Below, piece by piece: positions 12,362-24,800 of a DNA stretch of 64,000 nucleotides (the first letter of the stretch is position 1; each line of letters begins with the position of its first letter). The notes beneath the pieces were generated by a model that was given only the letters and a program-made list of their open reading frames with translations, searched no databases and had not been told where the DNA came from. The DNA is taken from positions 682,186,001 through 682,250,000 of the forward strand of contig NC_067399.1 in assembly GCF_016432865.1 (NCBI RefSeq), written 5' to 3'. Source of the stretch: Antechinus flavipes. Lineage: Eukaryota. The position numbers and the translations under genes are program-made.

Positions 12362-12849
12362 CAAGTCATCTAGCAAAGACTGCATTGGTGGGAGCAGGGA
12401 TTCGGGTCCGGCCCCCGGTCCTAGGTTTTTTGGTGGCAAAGACCTCTGACCTCTTCCCTCTTGACCCCCCTAGTGTGCCTCCCACTTTCCTTTCTTTCAC
12501 TGGACTCTGGGGACCATGAGCCGGTCCCTGGCCATTCTATTCTGCCTGCTTGGTCTTTTAACTAATTGAAAGGCCCAGCCTTGATGCGATTGTTTTAAAA
12601 GTGACTCAGCTCTTCATTGCCACTGCCACTGCTACTGTCGATGCAAACAACTGAATCAAATCAACCATTTGATGATCAGTCATAAAAAGCAAATCAACTC
12701 CCAAATCATCAATTCAATATTACTGAGTAAACATCGGCTGTGTCTATAACTCATCTCATTGCACTGCCAGGAGCGCTGTCACATGAGGAAAGGTACTTCA
12801 TAAATCATCTGCTCTGTTCATAGATATAATACCTTGAAGCATTTTATTT

Positions 12850-12975
12850 TGCCAACAATAAACACTGATTTATTAATCACTTATTCCATGCCGGGCACTG
12901 TGCTAGGCCCTGGATCACCAAGCCCGAACCGAACGAGTCCCTGCCCTCAAGAAGCTTATATTCTGATTTGGGAGA
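12850..12975 (-). mobile_element. L2 3'-end relic with unusually many CpGs
   Basis: gggcactgtgctagg...gtccctgccctcaagaagcttatattctg matches the L2 tail. Confidence 0.7.
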
Positions 12976-13169
12976 CGGCATGTTCGCCCATAAGAAAGTA
13001 CCCAGTACATGCAAAATAATTTGTGGGCAAGACACCATCAGCTGGAAGGGGTGCCCAACTGGAAGGGTGCTTGGGCTGACTTCCAAAGGGATCTGGGGAT
13101 CCAGAGGGAAAAGGCGAGAGTAGTAGATCCCAGGCATGGGGGTAGTAAAGAGAAGGAGATCGGAAACAA

Positions 13170-13680
13170 TAGCTTATTTTAGAATTAGAGAGAAGATATT
13201 TGGACTAGATGTTATAAGGTGAGAAAGAAAAGAAAATGAAGGAAGGGAAAGGTTAACAAGTGTCTTAAGTGAAAGAGGGTTTTTGTTTTTGTTTTTTGCA
13301 ACAGAAGTAATAGGGAGCCATTGATGTTTATTTATGGAGTAAGAGTGATGAGGTCAGACCTGTTCTTTAGGGTTGTCATTTTGGCAAGTGTATGAATGGG
13401 TTGGATTGAAATTTTATATGGAAAAGACTTAAAAGAGGGAATTGATTAGAAAACTATTTTAACAGTAAAAGTAAGAAAATGAAGAAGGCCTTAGATGGAG
13501 CCATGGGATTTGGGAGAAGACAAAAAGTAATGAATCTTTGAGATCCTGTGCAAGGAGACATAGACAATATTTGATAACAGGAGGGAGGTGATAATAGGTG
13601 AAGGAGAGGGAGAGGCAGAGGCTAGCTCTGATGCTGGAAAATTGAGTTACTGTTAGGATTGTGGTGCCTTAGATTAATGG
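13170..13680 (-). mobile_element. L2 fragment
   Basis: Purine-rich L2-type sequence (agggagccattgatg...tgatgaggtcagacctgttctttagg). Confidence 0.6.
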
Positions 13681-13751
13681 AGGGATTCCTTTTTTTCCAA
13701 ATACTTTTCTTCCTCTCTTTAATTTCCATTTTATTTTAAAGACAAGTTCAA

Positions 13752-13863
13752 GAGGCAGCTAGGTGGTGCAGTGGATACTACAGCACCCGAAGTCAGGTCA
13801 GGAGGACCCGAATTCAAATCTGGCCTGAGACATTTAACACTTCTTAACTGTGTGAACTGGTCA
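13752..13863 (+). mobile_element. WSINE1-like tRNA-derived SINE (3'-truncated)
   Basis: ggcagctaggtggtgcagtggat...aggacccgaattcaaatctggcc with Pol III A/B boxes. Confidence 0.8.
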
Positions 13864-14027
13864 CCATGTTGGACACTAGTGATTCAAAGGTAAATGTGAA
13901 GCAGTTCCTGCTACTATAGCAACTCGAGATAGCCAGAAAATAGGAGTCATATAACACAATTCCTTCTCTCTTGCCGTTCCTTATCAATGAATGGTCCTTT
14001 TCAGGGAGTTAATGCTCCCCTCCACAG

Positions 14028-14069
14028 ACCATCCTGAAAACAGGGATTTTGCTGTTGGACGATCCTCAG
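14028..14069 (+). CDS. Candidate exon (42 nt; alternative acceptor at 14005), product unknown
   Basis: Acceptors ccttttcAG (14005) and cccctccacAG (14028), perfect donor CAG|GTAAGT. Phase-1 frame reads DHPENRDFAVGRSS. Confidence 0.35.
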
Positions 14070-15339
14070 GTAAGTGCCTCTCATCACCATGTTCACCTGA
14101 TACCTTTTCAACAACAGAGAGGATGGAAACCTGGGATAGGAGGCTAACAATGACTTAGCTTCCACAAGTAAATGTCCTCTCTGCATCTCCAGCTTTTTCT
14201 GAAATCAAGGGAGGCTCAAATGACCAAAAAATCATGGAGGATTTACTCAGAAGAATCACATTAGCCACCAAATGTCAGCTTGGAAAAGAAGGGAGGGTCA
14301 AACCTCTAGGGATCCAGGCTGCTACTCTCTCATCAAGTCCCTGGTGGGGGGAGAGGCAACTAGAAGGTTCTTAAGAGCCTACTCTGGAAGCCACCTTTGC
14401 ATTGACTGTGATCTTCCCAAGTGAGGCTACAAAGTTGGTTCCTTTCTCAGTCTACATTCCTAATTCCAGTTGTGTACTTGCTTAGTTTTATTTTTTTTTA
14501 ATTTTAAAGTTCCTTTAGGCATTTTCAGTGGATTACTATGTTAGTTTTCTTCTTTTTAGTTATATGTTTCCTAAAATATGAGTTTGTCCATTGAAAAATA
14601 AAAGGCATAAAAGTGGAACAAGTGCTTGACAAATAATGGACTTTACACACTGACAGGATTTTTATAAATTTTTTATAAATCTGAGAACTTTCCCCATTCC
14701 TTTTTATTTAACAGTTGGCAAAACTGAGATAAACAAAAAAAATGGACAGAACTTAAAATTAATCAGACAGATAGGTATTCCAAGGACTCCAAACATCATC
14801 AATTTCCAACTCTTTAAATCACAGATGGGGAACGTTTTTAGTTGTCATTTTTCAGTTGTGTCTTCATGACTCTTTGGGGGTTTTCTTGACAGAGATCCAG
14901 TGGCTAGATATAGATCAGAACAACTGGAGACGGCCCTGGATGAATCCTCCCAAGATATTTTAGAGTTTACTGACTAAATTTCTTTTTTAAGATCCAAGCT
15001 TTAAATCAAAATCATTCTGATTCCAAGTGGCCATCAATAGGTCCTAAATCAAGTTCCACTTGGTCATTGTTTGGGTCCAGATTGATTCAGATTGAATGTC
15101 TAGAGCAGTTTTTTCTGCTTTGGCAGAAACCCTGAGGATCTTCCCCTCCCACATTTATTCAGAATTTTTTTAGACTAAGTAAAAGAGATGATTCTTTGCT
15201 TCTCTTGCTACCTAGCCTCAATCATCCAATGGGTGTGGCCTCTGGCAAACTGAGATCTGTTGAAGGCTTTAGCTTAACTTGCATGTCATGGTATCATCAG
15301 AGATGATATCAAGGTCCTCTCCCAGAATGATTCATCATT

Positions 15340-15490
15340 TCCTTTCCCAGCTCATTTTATAGATGAAGAAATGGAGGTAAAAAGAGTCAAATGACTTTCC
15401 CCCAAAGTTAGTAAGTTTCTAAAACTGGATTAGAACTTAAGAACATGAGTCTTCTTGACTCTAGATCCACACTCAATTCACTGCATCATC
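15340..15490 (-). mobile_element. MAR1/MIR fragment
   Basis: cagctcattttatagatgaagaaatggagg...aaatgactttccc CORE sequence. Confidence 0.75.
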
Positions 15491-15903
15491 TAACTGCCCA
15501 CAGATGGGGGAAATGATTCACAATGAGAGGGGAAAAAAAAAAGAAAAAAGAAAAACTTTCCCTTAATTGTGAAGATCGGGGAGCCAAGAATAGAATCTAG
15601 ATATCAAAAATCTCAGTGTCCCTAACTGTACATGTGCAAGGAAACTACAGACATGGGACATTATATAATTAGTTATTTTAAAGAAGTCATTATCATTAAA
15701 TATGTTTTTGTGCTTGTATTAAATGCGTTTTCCAAAAGCGTTTGGAAACCCCTTCCTGCCAGCCATCTGTTCTGTTTTCTTTAAGGTTGTGGTTGCAGAG
15801 AAGGAGAAAGATTTGGTTTTTAAAATTGCAACAAACACCCTTCGGGTGCTCACCTATCTGTTAACCTCAATTATTTAGAGAATCAAAAAGCAAACACTCA
15901 GGA

Positions 15904-15906
<3 letters not shown>

Positions 15907-15949
<43 letters not shown>
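15907..15949. repeat. (CA)n microsatellite
   Basis: Perfect CA run read directly. Confidence 0.97.
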
Positions 15950-15952
<3 letters not shown>

Positions 15953-18829
15953 CACGCACAATCTGAGCAGTCCAGAAAGAGTCCAAAGCACCTCTTTGAA
16001 TGATGGATATTAAGGATATCCTGGGAATATAAAGCTAGTAGCTGATAACAGAGTCTAAGAAGGCAGTAAGTCAGGCAGCTAGATATGTAGGACACAGCAG
16101 AGAATGTGGCAGAATCAGGGGTGATTAAATATAAATTTCTAGCATAAAAAAAATTGAGTATAAAAATATTGTCTTCAAATTTGAAAGGAGGGAAAATTTC
16201 CTGGTGTTGGGACTTCCATATTGGGCCTCCAGTTGAATGCAATTCACCAAACATGTAGGAAGCATCTTTGGCAAAGGAAGAGAATTCTCTAGAGTAGAGG
16301 GGCAAAAGAAGGTATTATGGAACTGTGACCCAGCTGACCTTAGGATAGATAGAGCTTGGAAGAAAAGTGTGTAATTGGCAGCTTGTTTGGAAAATAATAA
16401 TATATATTATAGATGTTATATCTTATATAATCATCATTATATGTGATAATATATAATATGTATAATAATGCAAAGTAATATATAATAATATAACAATAAG
16501 CTGGTGAAAGTGAAAGAAGCTGGAATATTCACACTTAAGGATTTGCCTGGAAAAAGACAATGAAACTAGAGATAAAACAACAAGGGTGAGGGATAGGTAG
16601 AGGCCATATTGTCTGGAAAGTAATGGAAAGTATAATATAAAATTAAATTATAAAGGTAAATCTAACTATTAGATTCAATCAATAAGTAGAGGATGAGGAG
16701 AGAAGAAAGACAACAGTCCAAGTGAAAAAGGGTCTAGTTGTCTTCGTAGACTACAGTCTCATTATAATTAATACTGTTAATTGTTATTGGCAGGCAGGGG
16801 AAAAAAAAAAAACTAGTAGATTTCCAGACTTCAGAGTCACATCTTTTTTCCTATATTTGGTCCTAGTTAAATCCCATCCATGGAATATTGTACTCACTCT
16901 TGAGTATTAAATTTTAAGTAATACAGTGATGAAATGGAGTGCAGCCAGGGGGGAGAAACCGAGCAAAAGCCACCAGGATCGCACATTAGAAGAGGACCAA
17001 GAAGTGGATGAACTGCAGGAGAAAGGACTTGCCAGTAAGGGATTAAAAGGGAAGTTGATTCATCTCAGGGATTTGAAAGGAGAGCAAGCTGATGAAGAAT
17101 GTGCTGCGTTCCACTAGGAGGATGCATCCTCTGCCAGGAGACGAGGACAGAAAGGGTTATTCACTTCCAAGTTGACGCATCCCATAAGTTTTCTTGTTTT
17201 CTCAGTGTGCAGCCCAGGGACTTTTACATTGTATTGAAGATGAAACCTTGGTGGGCGTTGCCAGTTTGAAATGTAATTTGGAGCCTTCACCTGGGCAGCC
17301 TCTTTATCTCCTGCTACATACACAACTAAGCAACAAAGCACAAGCAATTTTGTTGATACCGAAGCTAAAGATATTCATGTAGAAAAGTGTCAATTCTGAA
17401 TGACATTTATAGAAATGGCCTAAATAAAAATTAGATTGAAATGTCAATGTTTATGTTATCTCACCAAAAGAAATACAGGAAGAAAATTTTACCTCCATAG
17501 TTATCTGTTTACTTATTGTGTTGAAAAGAAAGAGGCTTTCTGCTTAAGAAAAAAAAGCTAAGAATTGGACAATCATCGCACTTCTTTCTAAATCGGACAT
17601 TAAAGGCTCACTTTTTATGTTTTCAGAGACAAAAATTGTTCCAAAGTTTCATAGGCAAAAAAAGGGGAAAGATTTAAAAATAATAAGAGGCCAAGGATCA
17701 GAGGAAGTGAAACTCTTTTGGGGCAAATAAACATGAGAAGTATTGACTGACTTTCAGGAGTTGAGTAGGAGGGAGAACAGAATGTGGCCATTTGACTTCA
17801 GCTCCTGAAGGGTAAATAAGGTCATTGTCCTGAAACATTTAAGAGGAAGGCGAGTCCATTATGTACATAAACACGGGTTCCTCCTGTACATATGTACATA
17901 CATACAAATATATACAGATCTAGTTAAACACATTTCTATCTATATCTTGCTCAAACAGGAACATACAGTTGAATGGGAGGTCTATGGACTGTAACAGGAC
18001 AATAAATCACAAGTAGACAATAAGCAAGATCAGCAAGTTTGGGAAACTGAAAAATTCCAAACATAAAATCCCATTCCCATCCCCAATAATTTTCCCATGG
18101 TGCCTTATGGTCACACTCAGAGATTACTCAGAAGACCTGAAATCAGAAATGAGCCAAAGAATGATTGAATGGTGAGCATGAATTGGTGTGGATCTATCTA
18201 TTGTTTTCTCCTATATGAGGGTCTGTTAAATGTCCAAGACACAATTAGTCAGAAAAAGGGATGGACTGTTCATACACAAAGAACGGATTAGGGAGGGAGG
18301 CAGTGATGCACTGGTATCCTAAAGATCTCTGGAAGAGAAGCCAGAGAAAGGACCATTAAAAGAGCCAGAGGAAAGGCCTCAGAATTCAGGCACCTTCTTT
18401 GGAAAGATCATTAAGGACATAGAAAAGAGTCTTCCAAGAGAAATCAGTGGAGGCACATTGTGATGTGTTTCTATACAGTACCCACAATAACAAAAATAAA
18501 AAGATAGGCTTAAAAGGTCAAGGGAAGTAGAAGTAAGAGCTTAGAAGTCATTTCATCCAAAACCTTCATTTCATACAGGAAGACAGTAGCAGAATGTACC
18601 CAAGGTCATAAGTACTAGAACACTAATAATTCACAAAATGATACCAATGTCTGTTTCCTCTCAACATGTTCACAAGGTAACTGGAGAAAGTGTTTTTCCC
18701 ATTTTAAAGAAGAAAAAACTGGGGTGATGGGAAGGGATATGAATCCCCCAGGAATACACAACTGGGATGTCTTGGGGCTCAGATATAAACTAGGTCTTCT
18801 GGCTTCTAAAGCACCATTTCTCATGAGCT

Positions 18830-18990
18830 TTGTTTTTGTATTATTGTCTTCCTCCCTCAGATTGTAAGTTTCTTAAGGGAAACAACTGTTTTTTTAAAAA
18901 CTTATTTTATTTTTATACTTTTAGTTATCTTCCCAGAAATTGTCACAAAACCCGACATGTAGTAGGTGCTAAATAAAATTTTATTGATTT
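18830..18990 (+). mobile_element. L2 3' tail
   Basis: gattgtaagtttcttaaggg...acatgtagtaggtgctaaataaaattttattgatt. Confidence 0.7.
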
Positions 18991-19048
18991 AATAACCAGT
19001 GTTTTCACTTTGTAGTACACCATGTCATTTTCTAAAGTTCCAAGGATA

Positions 19049-19292
19049 TATTTTTATTTTCTTTCTAAATCTGATTTTTCTTGTGCAATAAGATAACTGG
19101 ATATATATGTATGCATATATTATATTTCACATATACTTTAACATGTTTAACATGTATGGGATTGCCTGCCCTCTAGGGGAGGGAGTGGCAGGAAGGAGGA
19201 GAAAAGTTGGAACAACAGAAGTTTTTGCAAGGATCAATGTTGAAAATTTATCCATGCATATGTTTTGTCAATAAAAAACTATAATAATAAAA
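19049..19292 (+). mobile_element. Short 5'-truncated L1 3'UTR insertion with 15-bp TSD
   Basis: AAAGTTCCAAGGATA at 19034-19048 and 19293-19307. The interior is L1 3'UTR with a G-tract and an A-rich tail. Confidence 0.9.
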
Positions 19293-20954
19293 AAAGTTCC
19301 AAGGATAGAGAGGTATTATGCCATGTGCTTATGATGCTTAATAATAGGCCAAATTTTATACCAGTATGATAATGTGGGGGTATTTGTAAATTTTACGGTA
19401 TCATCCTTTTTCTCTTCCTTCCCCTCCTCATCCTAATTTACTTAAACTTTGGTTATTATTATTTTTGTTTCTTCCTTCACTCCTCCCCCCCCCCCCAAAA
19501 AAAAAAAAAAACATCCTATACTATTTAGAATAATCCAGAGTAGTCCTGCTCTTATTTTCAGGTATTGTTTTTTTAAGTTAAGAAAAAGAGTTTTCTCTGA
19601 GAATCATAGACTTCCTTAATTTATTCCCTCTCACTGGTGTAATGCCAGGTACTGGAACTCTGAGTGGGAAGCTAAACTATGGAGAAGAGGATAGAGATAA
19701 GGCATCAGTAAGAGTCACCTGACTCAAAGCCAACATCTGAGACACCCGTCTCACATCTGCTTCCTGTGCCAAACCCACCGTGCCATCTACTAATAGTCAA
19801 AGCACAGGAAAGGGGAAGACATCATGTAACGCTTTCCCTTTATTTGTTAGTTTGACAATGGGAAAAAGCGAGATTTGGTCCTTAGTTTGAGAACAAAAGT
19901 GCTTACGTTCAAAACGCTGTGACTTAAATCATATAACTAGCTGCAAGGAATTTGAATTATGAAACTGACTTCATATTGTCTCATTGCCTTAAGCTGAGAA
20001 CAGCAAATATTCCAAGCCAATGAATTTTATCTTTTTGAAGAACCAGTTAGAAGTTCAAAGCCTCCTTCACAAGATACATCACTGTAATTAATGCAGGAAG
20101 CATAAAATTGTAGCCCCATCATACACTGGAAAACTGTCAGGTAAGACTTAATTAAATGTGAGAGTGAAGTGCAAGTGATTCTATAAAAGATATTAATTAT
20201 CACATTTAATTCATTAGGTCGTATTATCAGACTCAGTCCCACTGGGATTCCTTACACTTGTCTATAATTAATTATTTTCAGAAATAACAGTCTATATCAC
20301 AGCTTGTTAATAACTTTATAATAACAAATTAAAAATAAATAGAGCAAACTTTGAACTAGCTGAAGTTTATCTGAATATTTTAAGGGATTTCATGGTGTAT
20401 GACTAGACATCTGAGAAATCATTTCATGTGTGAAAAACTTAACTTCATCCCAAATACCCTAAAAAAAAAGATATATCACTTCCTTATCTAAAGAAAAGAA
20501 ATGACAATGGAGTTGGAATGAAAGTCACAAAAACTTTTCTCTGTGCTGGGAAAAGAAGTCTATAAATTCTCATATTTTCTTCCACACTTAAAAATGATGA
20601 GTGCAAATAAGACATTTTATTCAAGCCAAAAATATATTTGTTTTTACTATATGAAAGGGACCATCCTAATGGCTGGGAATACAGAAATGAACAGAGTGTC
20701 TGTCTGTAAGACCTTACATCCTATTTGGGTTTGGGTGTTAGTGACATGTCTGTTCAACTCTCAACATAGAAGCCTGGACAGCTACCAAGTAATAATACAA
20801 CCACATAATTGAGTTATATGGTCACTCATACGCACCTAGGCCACAAAGAAGAGAGGAATTTGGCTGGAGTTCATGGAGAGAGGCCAGAGAAACAAAAGGA
20901 AGGAAAAGAGTATTTATAGAAGGCATGAAGTGACAGAGGTAAACATTTCCTCAG

Positions 20955-20988
20955 CCGACCTCTTCATTCCTCGTCACAAGAGTAGGTC
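20955..20988 (+). CDS. Candidate micro-exon (34 nt), product unknown
   Basis: Acceptor catttcctcAG and donor GTC|GTAAGT. Phase 1 to 2 frame reads ADLFIPRHKSRS, phase-compatible with 14028-14069. Confidence 0.3.
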
Positions 20989-21289
20989 GTAAGTACTTAT
21001 GTGTCATGGCGGAGGGGCTACTGGAGGCAGGGATAAGAAGTGAAATAGAAGTCTTAGCTCCAAAACAAAACAATCAGCTGAGAAGAGAGATGTTCATGGC
21101 TTGGGGATGAAAAACTGAATGTCCCTTGTGAGACAATAGGTAAGTCCCTTAATTTCCCTGGATCTCATGTTTACATAATGAGATTATAGTAGATAGCTTT
21201 TGAGGTCTTTTCCATCTATGAGTCTATGAATTGACCGGATCAGATCTTTACTGTGACATCATTAATTAGAAGAGGTTTTTTTCTTGTAC

Positions 21290-21740
21290 AAATCACATCA
21301 GTGCATTTACCTCTTTTGAACCATTTGACATTCTTGCCTGCACCCGTCTCTACATTCCCCTTAGGTTCTCATTTTTCCAACATACTGGAGTCAAATTAAC
21401 ACTGTGAATACCAAGGAAATTCTCAGTATGCTCGTCTCTTGTCCTCCCCTTTATATCAAGGACTGCTCAGTTGCCCTCTGCACTCATGGTCACACTCCTA
21501 GTTCAGTTCAGTCTCTTTGACTTCCCAGATCCCCTCAAAGAATAGCTCCGGTGTCAATCCCTGTATGAAGCCAATCCCTCCAGATAATTTGGATGCTCTT
21601 AAAATTATTTTGTACCCTTTATTTATTCATCTGTCAACAAGTATCTTCAGTAAGTGCCTGGAAGGCGGCTATTCTTGTATTTGGATCTCTGGCACCTAGA
21701 AGAATGATCTTCATCGAACATCATTTAACACACATGTATT
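21290..21740 (+). mobile_element. L2 fragment
   Basis: Degenerate L2 3' region ending gaatgatcttcatcgaacatcatttaacacacatgtattgacttgaattg. Confidence 0.55.
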
Positions 21741-21879
21741 GACTTGAATTGATTGCCAAAGTAGCCAATATCTTTTACTCTATTTTTCATACTAAACATC
21801 TCTAGTCATTTTTGATTCCTACTTAAATCTATCCTGACTTTTCCATTATCCATTGGATTCCCTGTAGTTGGATTTTATT

Positions 21880-24800
21880 TTAAAAATAAAGTATTGGATG
21901 ATTTGGAGTCATCAGGCTCTGGTAGTGGGCAACTGTTTGAGATAGTTTTTTTTTTTTTAAGAAATATATAGTATTCATTATATGGATTTTCTTGAAATGG
22001 GAATTTATTTGATTGTGTTCACTTAATAGTATTTTATTTTTCCAATTGTATGTAAAGATATTTTTCAATATTCATTTTATAAGATTTTGAGTTCCAGATT
22101 TTTCTCCCTTACTCTTCCCAGTCTTCCTCCCCAAGAAAGCAAGCAATCTAATATAGGGTATACATATAAAGTCATGTTAAATACATTCCCACTTAGTCAT
22201 GTTGTGAATAAAAAAATCACAACAATAACAAAGAAAACAGAGAAAGAAAAAAAAGGTTAAAAAATTTTGTTTCAATGAGCATTCAGAATCCATAGTTCTG
22301 TTTCTGGATGTCGTCAGCATTTTCCATCATGAGCTTTTGGGAATTGTCTTGTATCATTACATTGCTGAGAATAAGTAAATCTTTCCTAGTTCATCATCAT
22401 ACAATGTTGTTTTCATTGTGTACAATGTTCTTCTGGTTCTACTCACATTGCTCACCAATCAGTTCACAGAAATCTTTCCAAGTTTTTCTTAAATCTTCCT
22501 GGTCCTCATTTCTTATAACACAATAATATTCCATTACACTCAGATACCACAGCTCATTCAGTCATCCCTCAATTGATGGGCATCCCCTCAATTTTCAATT
22601 ATTTGCCAGCACAAAAGAACTACTACAAATATTTGTGTGCATGCATAGTTTTTCCCTCTTTTTATGATCTTTTAAGAATACTTTACTGGATCAATGGCAC
22701 ACACAGTTTGGTTGCTTTAGGGCATAGTTCCAAATTGCTTCAGAATAATTAGATTGGTTCACAACTCCATCAACAATGTATCAATAATTAGTCACTTTGA
22801 TAAATATGAAATGGTACATCAGAATTGTTTTAATTTTCATTTCTTTAATTAACAGCAACTTAGAGCATTTTAAATGACTATAGAAAGCTTTATTTCTTTA
22901 TCTGAAAACTGCTCATATTTTTTATCATTATCAATTGGGAAATGACTAGTATTTTTATAAATTTGATTCACTTCTTTATCTAGTTTAGAAATAAAGCAAT
23001 TTTCAGAAACATTGGCTTTTTAAAAAAAAATTCACCTTTCTGATTTTCTTCTTAGCTTGGTTGCACTGCTTTTGTTTGTTTAAAAGCTTTTTTAAAAAAA
23101 TTTAATGGAATCAAAATTATCCATTTTGGATTTCATAATGTTCTCTATCTCTGGTCATAAATTCTTCCCTTCTCCATAGACCTGACAGGAAAATTATTCC
23201 TTGCTTTCTTAATTTACTCATGGAATCACTTTTTATGTGTAAATCATGTTCCCATTTTTACCTCACCTTTATAGCTGCTTGAGATGAATTTAAAAAGTAT
23301 TTCTGAAATGTAACCCAAGTCATGGCAATCTTTATTCATTACAAGTACAGTTCATTATCCAGCTATTGTACATTAACAACTACACAAGATAATTTTACTA
23401 GACAAAAAGATCATGGAGCTTGGGCATAGAGTTTTGAGAGGGAGGGCCTCACCTGAATTTATAGATATCAATAGCTCAAGATTTAGATTGTTTTGAAAAA
23501 GGCACTTTTAAATTTAAAGTGCTTATTACCAAGTATAATTTTAATTTAATTGTGTTTATTTCACTCACTACTTGAGAGAGAGTTTTCCAACTTTATGGAT
23601 CAGTTTAGGATTCATTGGTCTCTCATACTCTGTTCAGATTCATAGTATATGGATAGTATATTTTGTGACCATGAGCTGCATTGGAGAGCTGCTGCTTTTG
23701 GAAAAATGTAAAATGAAAAGCCTATAGCCCCAGAACAAGACTCTAAAGACAAAAATACCTAATCCTCTGATTAGGACAGCAACAAACATCAAAGAGTCTT
23801 CCTTTTAGGGTGCTCTGACCTATTTTCAGAAAAAGCAATAAGATAAAAACCACGGCAGACTGATGAACATGGACTGTCATTGATGTTGTACAGTAATTGA
23901 AGTGAGTCATTATAGCCTCAGAATTTTCCTTTTCAAAGTATTTAAAATTACTATTCCCATTTGTTATCAGTTCGACCACGCTAATTTCTTCCAAATAATG
24001 TAGATTTTTTAAAATGCAGATACAATTAGATAGATAAATAGAGATGTTAATGATGTAAACATTAGTCAATTGATTATGATAAAGAGCTGTGTGACTCCAA
24101 ACCCTTCATATTTTATCACCCTATACAACTGCTACTCAAGTCATATTGCAAAGTCTTTATAGAAAGTGTACCCAGTTAGTGAATTGCTTGTTAAAAGTCA
24201 CCAAGTCCAGTGGAACCCTTGACCTATCTATATGATAAAACTATCTCTTACTATAATTCCATTCCTAGACCACCATCTTTACTTGTCAAATTTATAATGC
24301 CAAATATATTTTCAGGTTACTCATACTACAAAAAAGCACAATAAAATAAAGTGAGAAATCATAATTTAATTTGTACTGCATTCATTAGTTCTATCTCTGG
24401 AGATGGATGGCATATTTCATCATGAGTTCTTTGGAATTATATCATTGTATTGATGATCACAGTAGCCAAGTCTTTCACAATACATCATCATTACCACATT
24501 GCTATTACTGTGCATAATGATCTCCCAGTTCTTCTCACTTCACTTTGTATCAATTCATATAGGTTTCAGATTGAGTGTCTAAAATCATTCCCCTGGTCAT
24601 TTCTTAGAGCACAATAGTAACTCATCACAATCGTAATCCATTCACCAACTACCAATTCTTTTCAACGTCAAGAAAAGCTGCTTATACATACGTGTATGTA
24701 CAAGTTCTTTCCTCTTTTCTTTTATCACATTAGCTTACAGACCTAATAGCAATATTGATGAGTCAAAAGGAGTACAAAGTTTTATAGTCTTTTAAACCTA

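Noticed and set aside
13752-13863. tRNA-like A/B boxes as a tRNA gene
   Set aside because: tRNA-derived SINE head; no cloverleaf.
19905-19945. 34-nt minus-strand segment with a good acceptor (ttccttgcAG) and donor (GTAAGC)
   Set aside because: Stops in all three frames; at most a non-coding exon, unsupported.
21130-21150. TAG|GTAAGT donor-like site
   Set aside because: Lies in a MIR relic (diverged ggcaagtcactt motif) with no upstream acceptor.
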